A stretch of DNA of 63,180 nucleotides, filler included, from 5 parts of 5 records of this genome joined end to end with filler, not necessarily neighbours in it, one strand, 5' to 3'. Positions 51,718 through 63,015 are shown, counted from the whole stretch's first letter. The notes: a model not told the origin generated them from the sequence alone. Translations and numbers: made by a program.

Positions 51718-52656
51718 ATGCAGATTGAAGATTTAAAACTGATCATAAAAGTTGCTGAGTTTAAAAGTATCACGCTTGCAGCGGCTAAGCTTGATATGCG
51801 CACAGCCACTGCCAGTGCCGCTATCAAACGAGTAGAGACAACATTAGGTGTAGATTTATTTGTACGTACTACGCGCCACTTAAGGCTCTCAGCTGCCGGC
51901 GAGCGCTACATTCCACAGTGTGAGCAAGCGCTAGTGATACTTGAGCAAGCTCGGCAAAACCTCAAAGGTGAACATGATGAGATTGAAGGCGAGCTGCGGG
52001 TCGCATTATCATCTGATCTTGGCCGTAATTTAGTGATCCCCTGGATTGATGAAATTATGGATAATTACCCTAAAGTGAGTCTACGCACGCATATTAGCGA
52101 CAGTAACATTGATTTTTACCGCGATTCGGTAGACATAGCACTGCGTTATGGTTCGCCAAATGATGCCAATGTTTACGGATTTAAAATTTGTAACGTGCCC
52201 CGTTTATTGTGCGCCACTAAAGAATACGTGCAGCAATATGGTGAGCCTCAGCACCCTGATGATTTAGCCCTGCATCAAGGGTTATTTTATCAACTGCAAG
52301 ATATTATCAATAACGTGTGGGAATTCACCGATGGGGAAAACAAATACAAAGTAAAAATGCAGGGCAAGCGCGCCTCTAATGATGGTGATTTAGTCAGGCG
52401 TTGGTGTATTGCAGGCAAAGGGTTTGCAGTAAAGTCGGCGTTGGATATTGCTGATGATTTACTAAACGATAGAGTCGTTACAGTGATGAATGATTACCAG
52501 CATACCTGTGGTGAGCTGTGGTTAATTTGCCCAAGCCGGCAATCAATAACGCCAGCTGTGCGTTTATTACGTGATGTATGCAGAGAAAAAGCACATACGA
52601 TAATAAGCCAGCTAATTGATAAAGGTGTACTTGAACGCAGTGTTCTTGATGATTAA
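51718..52656 (+). CDS. LysR-family transcriptional regulator
   Basis: N-terminal HTH ending LFVRTTRHLRLS; substrate-binding domain; divergent from the nitroreductase. Confidence 0.93.
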   Translation: MQIEDLKLIIKVAEFKSITLAAAKLDMRTATASAAIKRVETTLGVDLFVRTTRHLRLSAAGERYIPQCEQALVILEQARQNLKGEHDEIEGELRVALSSDLGRNLVIPWIDEIMDNYPKVSLRTHISDSNIDFYRDSVDIALRYGSPNDANVYGFKICNVPRLLCATKEYVQQYGEPQHPDDLALHQGLFYQLQDIINNVWEFTDGENKYKVKMQGKRASNDGDLVRRWCIAGKGFAVKSALDIADDLLNDRVVTVMNDYQHTCGELWLICPSRQSITPAVRLLRDVCREKAHTIISQLIDKGVLERSVLDD

Positions 52657-52720
52657 TCACTTCATACACTCTGCGATTTCGTTTAAAGGTAATTCCTTAA
52701 TTATTCTGGTTCATTCAAAT

Positions 52721-52751
52721 AAAAAAGCCCGAGATGTTAACAGCTCGGGCT
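52721..52751 (-). terminator. Terminator of the RND operon
   Basis: AGCCCGAG...CTCGGGCT with A6 on the plus strand. Confidence 0.7.
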
Positions 52752-52773
52752 AGTTGGTTGGGATATCAAATTT

Positions 52774-55700
52774 TTACGAGTGAGTAGGGCTTACCTTTTT
52801 ATCTATCGCGTTATCATCAAACGGTTTACCATCTTGTAATGCTTCTTTGCCGCGCCATTTACGAATTAAACGTTTTGTATCTTCTAGTGCGACGTATTGA
52901 CATGGGATCAAAATCAATGTGATGACGGTGGCAAATAACACCCCAAAGGCCAGTGATACAGCCATCGGAATTACAATTTGTGCCTGTAAGCTGGTTTCCA
53001 TAATGATGGGTAATACACCAATAAAGGTGGTTACTGAGGTCAGTAATATTGCTCTAAAGCGACGAGCACCTGCTTGCATAACCGCTTCTTTTATTGCTAC
53101 GCCTTCAGCGCGGGCTTTATTTACAAAATCAACCATAACAAGTGAGTCATTAACAACAATACCTGCCACGGCAATGATGCCAAACATTGATAGGCCGCTC
53201 ATAGTCATGCCTAATACCATGTGGCCAAACATGGCACCTACAACACCAAATGGGATCACCGACATAATAATCAGTGGTTGCGAGTATGAACGAAGCGGTA
53301 TGGCTAATAAAGCAAAGATAATCATCAGTGAAATAGCAAAATCACGCAATTGTTCATCAGCACTTTCCATCTCTTCTTGTACTCGACCAGCAACGTTACT
53401 TTTAACGCCAGGGTAATTTTTAAGTAGCGAAGGTAAGTATTCGTCACGAATTTCTTGTGCGATAGCAAATGGCTCAACTTTGTCGGTATTGATAGCGGCC
53501 CATACATTGACCGTTCTGTTTGAGTTTTCACGGCGGATGCTGTTAACACCATCGACCAAGTTTATTTCTGCTACTTCGCTAAGCGGAACTTCAGCGCCTG
53601 ATGGCGTAATAATCCGCGTACTATGTATATTACTGATTGAGTTACGCTCGTCTTCTGGGTAACGAATCATCACTTTGATCTCTTCGCCTTCACGTAAAAT
53701 ACGTTGTGCTTCTAACCCGTAGTAGCTAAAACTAACCTGTGATGCAACATCAGCAAGCGTTAAGCCCATGCTGTAGGCAAGTGGTTTTAAATTAAGTTGC
53801 ACTTCGTCAGTAGCACTTTGCATTGAATCGTTCACATCGCCCACACCTTCCATGCTTTGTAGCTTCGCTTTTAGTACTGTAGCTACTTCTTTAAGTTCAT
53901 CGGCATTTTTACCTTCAAGCCTAAAGCTAATATCGCCGTCATCCCGGCCACCGCCGAACAGGTTATCTTGAATAGTAAGGGTTTTAACCCCCGGTAGTGG
54001 CGGCATTTTTTCACGCCATAAGGTACTGAGTGTAAAGGTATCAATAGGGCGTTTGTCAGGTTCAATAAGAACTGCCATTAATTGAGCTCTGGTTCGGCCT
54101 CGTAGACTTACCGAAAGGTCACGGATCATTTTTTGTCCGTACTGGGCTTCAAGCTCTTCATCGACACTAAGTAGTACCGCTTCAATTTTTTTAGCGGTTT
54201 CGAGTGTTGCTTGCTCAGACGATTCAAGGTTCATTTCTACAACAATACGGGGGAAGTCGTGTGGTATTTTAGGGTTTGGTACAAACTTAACCAAGCCACC
54301 AGCAAACATACCAGCACTGACAATTAAAATACATAAAAAACCAATAATCACAGTATAACGGTAATGAATACAGTTACCTATAAATGGTGTGTAATAATTA
54401 TCAACAAACGATTTTAGGCCATTATCAACAATCATGCGTAGTTTGTGTAATGGATTTTTAGGGTTAGGTTTACGTGGATTCATTGCTGCAATGTGAGCAG
54501 GCAAAATAAGTTTTGATTCAATCAACGAGAAAATTAAACATAATATGATAACGACACCAATGGCTTTAGAAAATGCAGCGCCGGGACCAGAGGCCATCGC
54601 TTGTGGCAAGAATGCGGCAATCGTCGTTAACACGCCAAATGTCGCAGGCATAGCAACGCGTTTTACACCACGGATAACATTATTGAGAGAGTGTCCGTGT
54701 TTTTCAATTTCTGCACTGGCTGATTCGCCCACTACAATGGCATCGTCCACCACAATACCCAGTACAATAATAAAGGCGAATAGCGACACCATATTAATGG
54801 TGATGTCTAAAAAGCCAATTGGCATAAACAAAAATGCACCTAAGAACGATACAGGTAAGCCCATCATTACCCAAAACGCTAATCTTAGTGGTAAGAATAG
54901 TGCCAATACAATCATGACCAAAATACCACCCCAAACCATGTTGTCGACCATCATATCGAGTCGACCTTGTAGGTAGTAAGTTAGATCAACCATAGGGGTG
55001 AGTTTGACACCTGCAGGCAGTTGGTCTGCTTTATCAGCTAAGTACTGTTTCAGCACTTTGGCAACGTCTGTTATATCCTGATCTTTAGATGCGCTAATTT
55101 CATAAATTAGCGAGTTTTTACCATTATATTTAGAGTAGAGTAGGCCCTCTTCAAAGCCATCGTTAATAGTGGCGACATCGCCCAAGTAGATTTGTGCGCC
55201 GTCAGCTAGGGTAATTAAAGGCAGCTTTTCAAACTCATTACCGCGGTAGGCTTGTTTTTCAACACGCATCGAAATATAGCCATTTTCTGAACGTATTTGA
55301 CCTGCTGACATATTGGTCGAAAAGCTTCTCACCGCGTTAGAGACATCTCTAAAAGTAAGGCCATATTCACGCAGTTTATCTGGGCTAATCTCAATACCTA
55401 TTTCGTAATTTAAGCCGCTGAAAAAATCGACTAAATTGACGCTAGGTAAAGCCAGTAATTCATCCTCTAAATTGGTACCTAGTTCCTTTAATTGTGCATA
55501 GGTCATATCGGCATAAAGCGCAAGTACCATCACTTCTTGTTGAAACTTTTCGCGCTGAATAATTGGCCGCTCCATACCTGCAGGGAACGAGTTAATTGAG
55601 TCTACTTGGGCTTTTATTTCGTCTAGGGCTTCTTGAAGGTCGTACTTTTCTTCAATTTCGATCCAAGCTTGAGAATAACCACGGTTAGAATAGGTGATCA

Positions 55701-55956
55701 GGCGTTTTATACCTTCAGTACCTTCGAGGTTTTCTTCAATTTTGATGGTTATGCCTTCTTCCACTTCTTGTGGAGCTGCACCTGGGTAGACTGCTTGTAC
55801 ACTTACCCAATTACTTTCAAATTGTGGAAACGCTTGCTTGCGAATGGTCAAGGCTGTTAGCAGGCCACCCACCAGTATAAAAATCATAATCAAGTTTGCC
55901 GCAACTGGGTTACGCGCAAACCAAGCAATTAAGCCTTTTTCATTCTCAATGCTCAT
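52774..55956 (-). CDS. RND efflux permease (AcrB/AcrD/AcrF family)
   Basis: 1060 aa; GIVVDDAIVVGE, GIVVNDSLV, RFRAILLTS. Confidence 0.95.
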   Translation of the reverse strand: MSIENEKGLIAWFARNPVAANLIMIFILVGGLLTALTIRKQAFPQFESNWVSVQAVYPGAAPQEVEEGITIKIEENLEGTEGIKRLITYSNRGYSQAWIEIEEKYDLQEALDEIKAQVDSINSFPAGMERPIIQREKFQQEVMVLALYADMTYAQLKELGTNLEDELLALPSVNLVDFFSGLNYEIGIEISPDKLREYGLTFRDVSNAVRSFSTNMSAGQIRSENGYISMRVEKQAYRGNEFEKLPLITLADGAQIYLGDVATINDGFEEGLLYSKYNGKNSLIYEISASKDQDITDVAKVLKQYLADKADQLPAGVKLTPMVDLTYYLQGRLDMMVDNMVWGGILVMIVLALFLPLRLAFWVMMGLPVSFLGAFLFMPIGFLDITINMVSLFAFIIVLGIVVDDAIVVGESASAEIEKHGHSLNNVIRGVKRVAMPATFGVLTTIAAFLPQAMASGPGAAFSKAIGVVIILCLIFSLIESKLILPAHIAAMNPRKPNPKNPLHKLRMIVDNGLKSFVDNYYTPFIGNCIHYRYTVIIGFLCILIVSAGMFAGGLVKFVPNPKIPHDFPRIVVEMNLESSEQATLETAKKIEAVLLSVDEELEAQYGQKMIRDLSVSLRGRTRAQLMAVLIEPDKRPIDTFTLSTLWREKMPPLPGVKTLTIQDNLFGGGRDDGDISFRLEGKNADELKEVATVLKAKLQSMEGVGDVNDSMQSATDEVQLNLKPLAYSMGLTLADVASQVSFSYYGLEAQRILREGEEIKVMIRYPEDERNSISNIHSTRIITPSGAEVPLSEVAEINLVDGVNSIRRENSNRTVNVWAAINTDKVEPFAIAQEIRDEYLPSLLKNYPGVKSNVAGRVQEEMESADEQLRDFAISLMIIFALLAIPLRSYSQPLIIMSVIPFGVVGAMFGHMVLGMTMSGLSMFGIIAVAGIVVNDSLVMVDFVNKARAEGVAIKEAVMQAGARRFRAILLTSVTTFIGVLPIIMETSLQAQIVIPMAVSLAFGVLFATVITLILIPCQYVALEDTKRLIRKWRGKEALQDGKPFDDNAIDKKVSPTHS

Positions 55957-55959
55957 GAT

Positions 55960-56086
55960 TTATTCCTCTTTTAGCGCAAGTTGCGTTGCACCAGTAGGTT
56001 TATCAGTGTTATTGAGTTTGACTTGCATGCCTTCGGTTGGAAAATCTAAAGCTGATGTGATCAATTGCTCACCATCATTTAAGCCT
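55960..56086 (-). CDS. RND periplasmic adaptor (MFP), C-terminal fragment
   Basis: Manual translation GLNDGEQLITSALDFPTEGMQVKL...; directly upstream of the RND permease. Confidence 0.8.
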
Positions 56087-56186
56087 NNNNNNNNNNNNNN
56101 NNNNNNNNNNNNNNNNNNNNNNNNNNNNNNTTAATTAATTAANNNNNNNNNNNNNNNNNNNNNNNNNNNNNNNNNNNNNNNNNNNN
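56087..56186. other. Artificial contig linker
   Basis: N-run with TTAATTAATTAA core. Confidence 0.98.
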
Positions 56187-57335
56187 CATGATCTGCGGCA
56201 GGTTGGCCGAATAGCCGAAGGTGTCGGGCAGCCAGACGGTCTTGGGGTCGACCCCGAAATTTTCCAGATGGAAGCGGCGACCACGCATGATCTGGCGGAC
56301 CAGGCTCTCGCCCGAGGCGATATTGACGTCCGGCTCCACCCACATGGCGCCTTCGATCTCGAACTGGCCGGACTTGATCCGCGCCATCATCCGATCCCAG
56401 ATTTCCGGGTAGTCCTTTTTGAGGAAATCGAAGAGCACCGACTGGTTGTACATGAAGACGAACTGCGGATATTCCTCCATCAGGTTGAGCACTGTGGCAA
56501 AGCTGCGGCCGGTCTTGTCGCGGGTATGCATGACCCGCCAGAGCCAACCCACATCGAGATGGGTCGAGCCGACAGCGGTGATCTGCGGCTGCACCTCGGT
56601 ATCGACGAGATCGTAGATTTCCTGGGCAATCTTCTCGGCGTCAGGCAGGCCGGCCTCGAAAGCGTCGGTATGCCCGTCGCGCCGGTCCAGTGCCCGCAAT
56701 GCGCGCTGCACGATATTGAGAATAGCGTGGCGGCGCGGATCGTTCTGCTGCAGCAAAATGGCGACGTCGACCGGCGTCTGCAGGTCGTAATAGAGCTTTT
56801 CAGCGCGCTCATTGCGAATGAAGAAGTCCACCTCGAACCCGACCAGAGGCCGGTCGAAGAAGGTGAAGGCGTTGACCAGCAGGATGTGCTTGTTGCCTGG
56901 CTTGGCATCGCGCTCGATCACCAGTTCGGTGTGGTTGCCGTCCAGGGCCTGGGCAATCTTGCCGTCGAGATAGGCAAGACATTGCGGGTCGGTCGAACCG
57001 GGGCGATCCTGCCACTGGCTGGTAAAATGGGCGACGAAGACCTTGCCACGCGCTTCTTCGGGCACGGTGATTTCGGCAGCAAACCAAGTATGTTCCTGGT
57101 GCTTTCCCCAGACCGAATGGCGACCGAACTGCTCCCAACCGCGCCAATCTGCAGCGAGAGCATCAGCGGAAGAGAAATTGTCGGAACGTTGCACATGCCA
57201 TTGGAATGGCACATTACTGAGGGGCGTCCGGATTTTCTTTTCCAGGTCTGCGCACAGACGCAGCAGCTTGCCCTCTTGCTTGAGATCATCGTCCAGCAAA
57301 CCCAGTTTGGACGAGAGGGGATTGGAATAGGTCAT
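56187..57335 (-). CDS. GH38 alpha-mannosidase, N-terminal part
   Basis: HLDVGWLW, WVEPDVN..SGESLVRQ, WLPDTFGYS. Confidence 0.93.
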
Positions 57336-58144
57336 CCTTTGACTCCGACACCGGCGAACCCTGTGTTCATGTTCCGCCGTAACAAGAAATACACGCCGAC
57401 CGCCGGCGCAGCGTAGATGATGGAAAAGGCCGTCAGGAACCCGTAATTGATGGCACCCTGCTGCCCGAAAGCAGCGTAGAGCCCCACCGACATGGGGAAG
57501 GCATCCTGCACGCGCGCAAAGATCAACGGCAGCAGGAATTCATTCCAGGCGCCGGTGAAGCTGAAGAACCAGACCACCGCAATCCCGGCCCGCGACATGG
57601 GCAACACGATTCTTGTGACAATCTGGAAAAGGCTGGCGCCCTCCACATAGGCTGCTTCCTCAAGCTCGATCGGCACGGTGTCGAAGAAATTCTTCAGCAG
57701 CAGCAGGGTGAAGGGCAGGTTGAGAATGGTCAGCGCGATGATGACACCGAGCTGGTTGAGCAGGCCGGTACGCTGCGCTGTGAAATAGAGCGGCACGAGC
57801 ACCCCCGCCGCCGGCAGCATGCGCAGCAGCACCAAGGCCCAGAGAAAGGCATTGCGGCCCGGAATCTTGAGCCGCGACAGCGGATAGGCAGCGGAAATGC
57901 CGACCACGACGCTGAGCGTGGCCGTGCCGGCTGCGATCAGCATGGAATTTATGAATTGCCGCCCCGCATTACCGCTGATCGCCTCGCCGAAATTGTCGAG
58001 CCCGACAACGCTGGGGATTTCAAGCTGGCCCGTCGAGAGTGGGTTGAAGGCGTTGAGGATGAGCCAGGAAAACGGGCTGACCCAGATCACCGCCATGAAG
58101 GTCAGCGCAATGGCGGTGAGGCGGGAAGGTTGGGTGGATTCCAT
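57332..58144 (-). CDS. Carbohydrate ABC permease (MalG-like)
   Basis: EAA loop VPIELEEAAYVEGAS, WNEF. Confidence 0.93.
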   Translation of the reverse strand: MESTQPSRLTAIALTFMAVIWVSPFSWLILNAFNPLSTGQLEIPSVVGLDNFGEAISGNAGRQFINSMLIAAGTATLSVVVGISAAYPLSRLKIPGRNAFLWALVLLRMLPAAGVLVPLYFTAQRTGLLNQLGVIIALTILNLPFTLLLLKNFFDTVPIELEEAAYVEGASLFQIVTRIVLPMSRAGIAVVWFFSFTGAWNEFLLPLIFARVQDAFPMSVGLYAAFGQQGAINYGFLTAFSIIYAAPAVGVYFLLRRNMNTGFAGVGVKG

Positions 58145-59035
58145 TTATTTGGGCTCCCGCAGCAGGCGCAGATAGAACAGGGACAGAAAGCCCACAATGG
58201 CGAGCATGGCGACCGAAATGGCCGAGCCGAAGCCCAGATTGCCGCGCGCAAAACTCTGATTGTAGAGGAACACGGCCAGCGTCTCGGTCTGCCGCCCCGG
58301 CCCGCCGCCTGTCATGGCGAAAATCAGCGGGAAATAGGTGAAGGTCCAGATCGTGATGAACAGCATATTGGTGGCGATATGCGGCCGGATGATCGGCAAT
58401 TGCACCAGCCAGATCCGCTGCAATGGCGTCGCGCCATCAACCTTGGCCGCTTCCACCACCTCACGGCTGACCGAATCCAGCGCCGCCGAGAACAGCAGAT
58501 AGGACCAGGCGGTGCCCTTCCAGATATTGGCAATGGTGACGACGGGCAGCGCATAATCATTGATAAAATTGACCGGTGGCAGCCCCAGCGGCGTGATGAT
58601 GAGCTGATTGATCAGCCCGGTCTGCGCCGTGGTCGCCGACCACAGGAAGGCTGCGACGATATCGGGCAAGAGCCAGCCCAGCATGATGCAGACTTCCACC
58701 ACGCTGCGCAGCATCGAGCGCGAACCACGCAAGGCCGCCGCGAGCAGGAAGCCCAGCACCGACTGGCCGACAATGGCCGAGAAAAAGACGAAAATGACGG
58801 TGGTCCACAGGGACTCAAGAAAGCCCCGGCGCGTAAACAGGCGTTCGAAGTTTTCAAGGCCCACCCAGCTCCACTCAACGCTCTTGCGGCCCACCAGGGC
58901 CAGATCGGTGAAGCTGAAGGCGAAGGCCCAGGCGGTGAAATAAAGCAGAATGCCGATCAGCAGGATTGCGGGCAGCATGCCCAGACCCAGGACCCAGAGA
59001 TTGCTGGTGAGCCAAGGATTGGCCTGGTTCTTCAT
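58145..59035 (-). CDS. Carbohydrate ABC permease (MalF-like)
   Basis: WVGLENF, EAAKVDGA, MTGGGP. Confidence 0.93.
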   Translation of the reverse strand: MKNQANPWLTSNLWVLGLGMLPAILLIGILLYFTAWAFAFSFTDLALVGRKSVEWSWVGLENFERLFTRRGFLESLWTTVIFVFFSAIVGQSVLGFLLAAALRGSRSMLRSVVEVCIMLGWLLPDIVAAFLWSATTAQTGLINQLIITPLGLPPVNFINDYALPVVTIANIWKGTAWSYLLFSAALDSVSREVVEAAKVDGATPLQRIWLVQLPIIRPHIATNMLFITIWTFTYFPLIFAMTGGGPGRQTETLAVFLYNQSFARGNLGFGSAISVAMLAIVGFLSLFYLRLLREPK

Positions 59036-59155
59036 CGACGCCTCTTGGTTGGGCTGCTTGCAATTTCGGCGATCCGGACCGGGTGCGCCGTTCGACATGT
59101 GAAGAAAAAGCCGGCGACGTCAGGAGGACATTGACGCCGCCGGCAGTTGGTCAGG

Positions 59156-60472
59156 TTATTCGTAGGTGATGACGTTTTCTTCGCCGAACTCGTCGACCAG
59201 CGCGTCGTGATATTCCTGGACCACTTCGTCAGGCGGCACGCCATCTAGAATGTCGGCAGTCGCCTGCTGGATCAGGGCCGAGACCGTCTGGTAGCCAGGG
59301 ACCGTGTCACGACCCGTGGTATCGGCCGCCAGTTTGGTGGCCTCTGCCAAGAATGGGTCGGCCGTATATTCGGGGGATTCCGAAATATCGGTCCGTACTG
59401 CCATGCGGTGATTGGCCAGCGTCCATTCCTTGAAGTTGCCCTCGTCGAAGATCGAGGTAATCAGCTTGAAGGCCATGTCCTTGTCAGCCGCATTGGCATT
59501 GATGCCGATCGTCCACCCGCCCGAGATATTGGTGGTGGTCTTGGCGCCTTCGACGCCGGAGCCGGGCCATGGCGTCCAGGCAACTGTGGCGTCGCGCTCT
59601 TCGCGGCTGGGTGGGTTGTTGCAGTCCCAAAGGCATGCGTCTTCCCATGAGCCGGAGGCCAGAATGCCCAGTTCATCGGCCGCCAGGGCCGCACGCACCG
59701 CCGCGCCGATATCGGTGGCGTAGTTCAACTCGGCCGTGTTCAGCTCGCGCTCGACATAGACCTGGTGGAACATGTCGAACGTGCGGCGCAGGGCAGGGCT
59801 GTCGCCAATCCACTGACCCGTTTCGCGGTTCAGCAGGCGATTGCGGTCGCCCTCGGGAACATCGGCGCCGAGCAACGCCATATAGACGCCCTGCATGGTG
59901 GCCGCTTCTGCCTGCTTGGTGCCTGCGGGAAGCTGGAATGGATAACGGACGCCTGCATCCTTGAGCTTCTGTGCGGCGTCGAGCACGTCATCCCATGTCT
60001 TGGGTTCCCAAGGGGTGGGTATGCCGGCCTTTTCAAAATTCGACAGATCATACCAGAGCATGCGCACATCGGTGTCGGTGGGCAGGGCATAGACCTGGCC
60101 CTGATAAGACGCGACTTCGAGCAGGCCCGGCATGTAGTATTGGAACTGGTCCCAACCGGCGAGCAACTCGTCGAGCGGGTGCAGATAGCCGGCCGAGGCC
60201 AGCTCGGACACCATGAAGCTGTCCATCAGGTTGACGTCGGCAGCAGTGCCCGCCGACAGGTCCAGCGCAATGCGCTGGTCATAGCCCTGTCCGGGCAGCT
60301 TGATGGCATTGACCGTTTCGCCGGTCTCGGCTTCAAAGGCCTCAATGCCGGGCTCTACCAATGCGGCAATCCATTCGGCATACATGAATGAGACTTCGGC
60401 CCGTGCCGGCGCCGCAAGGGCACTCGTCATGGCCAGGGCAGCAACGCTCCCCAGCAGAACTTTCCTAAGCAT
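59156..60472 (-). CDS. Carbohydrate ABC substrate-binding protein
   Basis: Signal peptide (ARA-E), GQVYALP, PKTWDD, GGW. Confidence 0.92.
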   Translation of the reverse strand: MLRKVLLGSVAALAMTSALAAPARAEVSFMYAEWIAALVEPGIEAFEAETGETVNAIKLPGQGYDQRIALDLSAGTAADVNLMDSFMVSELASAGYLHPLDELLAGWDQFQYYMPGLLEVASYQGQVYALPTDTDVRMLWYDLSNFEKAGIPTPWEPKTWDDVLDAAQKLKDAGVRYPFQLPAGTKQAEAATMQGVYMALLGADVPEGDRNRLLNRETGQWIGDSPALRRTFDMFHQVYVERELNTAELNYATDIGAAVRAALAADELGILASGSWEDACLWDCNNPPSREERDATVAWTPWPGSGVEGAKTTTNISGGWTIGINANAADKDMAFKLITSIFDEGNFKEWTLANHRMAVRTDISESPEYTADPFLAEATKLAADTTGRDTVPGYQTVSALIQQATADILDGVPPDEVVQEYHDALVDEFGEENVITYE

Positions 60473-60558
60473 ACACACCTCCCTGTGATGTTGCCCGCCG
60501 CGGCTGCGGCAGGCGCCGGTTCCTCTTCCGGCGTATGCACATAGCTAAGCATATCATC

Positions 60559-60570
60559 TGCAACGTTGCA
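60559..60570. promoter_or_regulatory. LacI-type operator (perfect palindrome); second near-copy at 60680-60691
   Basis: TGCAACGTTGCA and TGCATCGTTGCA between the divergent SBP and LacI genes. Confidence 0.7.
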
Positions 60571-60753
60571 ATTTATCATCGTGCAGAATCCTGTGTTGGC
60601 ACATAAAAATCCCTATAATCCAGTTAAGTCAGTTGGTTATGATAGATTCATGCTGTGAGTTTTTCGAACTTGTAACGATTGCATCGTTGCATCAAAGTTC
60701 GGTACACTCAGGCGTCTGGCTCTGCTATGTAGGCTGTCAGGGGACTTTGCCGC

Positions 60754-61779
60754 ATGCACAAGAACAGGCCCGGGCCATCGGCCAAGGGGCGCGTCACACT
60801 GAAAACCATTGCTGAGGCCACCGGGCTGAGCCTGTCCACGGTCTCGCTCTCGCTGCGGGGCGGTACCACGCTTAAGCAGGAGACTCGCGACAAGGTGGCC
60901 GCGGCCGCCAAGGCACTAGGCTATGTGCCCGACCGGGCGGGAGTGCGTCTGCGCACCGGCAAGACCAATGTGCTGGCCCTGGTGCTGGATGGCGCCGAAG
61001 ATTCAATCGACTTTGCCCGCCAGATGATCCAGGGCATCGGTCAGGCGCTGCAGGGGACGCCCTATCATCTCAATGTGACGCCGGAGTTCGACCGGCATTC
61101 CACCGACACCATTCGCTACATTCTGGAAAATCGCACGGCGGACGGGGTGATTATCACCCATACCGGTCCGCGCGACCCCAGGGTGCAGATGATGGTGGAT
61201 GCCGACTTCCCCTTCGTCAGTCACGGGCGGACCGAATTCTTCACCCCCCACCCCTACCACGACTTTCATGCCGAGGACTTCGCGACCCTCGCAGTGGAAC
61301 GGCTCGCAGGGAAGGGGTGCCACCGGGTGCTGCTGGTGATCGGCGATGACAGCACCACCAACTATCACAACATCGTCACGGCATTTCACAAGGCGGCGGC
61401 GCGCAACGGGATCGAAACGACGTTGCTCGAGCGCACGGCTGGCCTGACGCCGGCCGAAATGCGGGCCAAGGGTATTGAGCTCTCGCGGTCGGCGGATCGC
61501 CCCGACGGCGTCATCTGTGACAGCGAAATGCGGGCCCTGGCTCTGCTGGGCGGCCTGATGGAAGCCGGCGTCGGGATCGGTGAGGACGTGCATCTGGTCT
61601 ACAAGCAAACCTCGGGCATTCTGCCCACCATGTTCCCGCGCCTCGATAGCGTGCGTGAGGATATTCTGGGCGCGGGCGTTGAACTGACCAGGCTTTTGCG
61701 CCTGCGCATCGATGGTGCGCCCATCGAGGATCTGCAAACCCTGGCAGAGCCCCAGCCGCAATGGCGCAGCGGCGACTGA
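60754..61779 (+). CDS. LacI-family transcriptional regulator
   Basis: VTLKTIAEATGLSLSTVSLSL...LGYVPD...LRTGKT. Confidence 0.93.
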   Translation: MHKNRPGPSAKGRVTLKTIAEATGLSLSTVSLSLRGGTTLKQETRDKVAAAAKALGYVPDRAGVRLRTGKTNVLALVLDGAEDSIDFARQMIQGIGQALQGTPYHLNVTPEFDRHSTDTIRYILENRTADGVIITHTGPRDPRVQMMVDADFPFVSHGRTEFFTPHPYHDFHAEDFATLAVERLAGKGCHRVLLVIGDDSTTNYHNIVTAFHKAAARNGIETTLLERTAGLTPAEMRAKGIELSRSADRPDGVICDSEMRALALLGGLMEAGVGIGEDVHLVYKQTSGILPTMFPRLDSVREDILGAGVELTRLLRLRIDGAPIEDLQTLAEPQPQWRSGD

Positions 61780-61782
61780 GTG

Positions 61783-62805
61783 TCAGCCCGGCGGACGCGA
61801 GACTGAATTGCGCAGGATCAGTTCGGCGCGCAGCAGCACTTCGCGCGATTTTGGCTTCTCGCCCGCCAGCAGCGTCAGCAGCAATTCCATCGCCGCTTCC
61901 CCCATGCGATGACGCGGCTGCTTCATCGTGGTCAGCGAGGGGGTGATGAAGCTGGCAAAGGAAATGTCGTCAAACCCCATGACGGAGAATTGCCGGGGCA
62001 GGTCATAGCGGCGCGCATTGAGGGCAATGATCACGCCCATGGCTGTCGCGTCATTGACGCAGAGAAAGGCGGTGGGCAGGGCATCGCGCACAAACATCAG
62101 CTCGGCCGCCGCCCGCCCGCTCTCGGTCGTGCCGTCCCCGTCGATGATCAGGCGCGGATCGATGCTGATTCCGGCCCCGCCAAGCGCGGCTCGATAGCCA
62201 TCCTCGCGCAGCCGGTTGATCTCGCGATTGGGCGCCCGCCCGACAAAGGCAATGCGCCGGTGCCCCTGCGAGATCAGGTGCTCGGCCGCAATGCGCGCGC
62301 CCTCGAAGTTATCGACCCCGACAAAGGGAATGTCCTGACCCAGGACCGGTTCATTGACCGCCACCATGGGCGGCAGGCGCGCGTCGGCCGGTGACTGGCC
62401 AAGCCCGAACGGCAGGTGGCCGGTGAACAGGATCAGCCCGTCAGCCTGGTTGGAGCTGATGAAGCGCAGATAGTCGGTTTCCCGGCTGGGGTCGTTCTGG
62501 GTATTGCCGATCAAAAGGCCATAGCCGCGTTTGCTGGCTTCGGTCTCAAGGCCCACCAGAATATTGGAAAAGTTTGGGTCGCCGACATCGGGGGCGAGAA
62601 TCAGAATCATGTTGCTGCGCCGCATGCGCAGCGAGCGGGCCATGGCATTGGTGGTGTAGCCGGTACGCGCTACGGCGTCGGTGACCTTGCGACGCGTCGC
62701 ATCGGCCACCTTGGTTGGCTCGTTGATCGCGCGGCTGACCGTGGCGATGGACACGCCGGCCATCGCAGCAACATCTTCGATTGTGGCCAGCTTTTGCTGC
62801 AGCAC
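61783..62805 (-). CDS. LacI-family transcriptional regulator
   Basis: ATIEDVAAMAGVSIATVSRAI, SVMGFDD, PSLTT; GTG start inferred from RBS. Confidence 0.93.
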   Translation of the reverse strand: MLQQKLATIEDVAAMAGVSIATVSRAINEPTKVADATRRKVTDAVARTGYTTNAMARSLRMRRSNMILILAPDVGDPNFSNILVGLETEASKRGYGLLIGNTQNDPSRETDYLRFISSNQADGLILFTGHLPFGLGQSPADARLPPMVAVNEPVLGQDIPFVGVDNFEGARIAAEHLISQGHRRIAFVGRAPNREINRLREDGYRAALGGAGISIDPRLIIDGDGTTESGRAAAELMFVRDALPTAFLCVNDATAMGVIIALNARRYDLPRQFSVMGFDDISFASFITPSLTTMKQPRHRMGEAAMELLLTLLAGEKPKSREVLLRAELILRNSVSRPPG

Positions 62806-62916
62806 TTGGCTCTCCGCCCTCCGCCCCGGGCCAGACAGCCCCACGCACCATCGCCTTTAGCAGAAGCCGCAGCTTTAGCTACGGCGTCTCCACAGCGATA
62901 AACCGAATTCGGTCAC

Positions 62917-62951
62917 TGTAAACCTTTACATGATCCATGAAAACCTTTACA
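62917..62951. promoter_or_regulatory. Tandem LacI-type operators
   Basis: TGTAAACCTTTACA (62917-62930) and TGAAAACCTTTACA (62938-62951), 21 bp apart. Confidence 0.7.
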
Positions 62952-63015
62952 TCAGCGTTCATAGCCAAATGAGCGTTGCATCAAGCAGTGCCGGGTTCAG
63001 GGGAGGAGACGCGAC

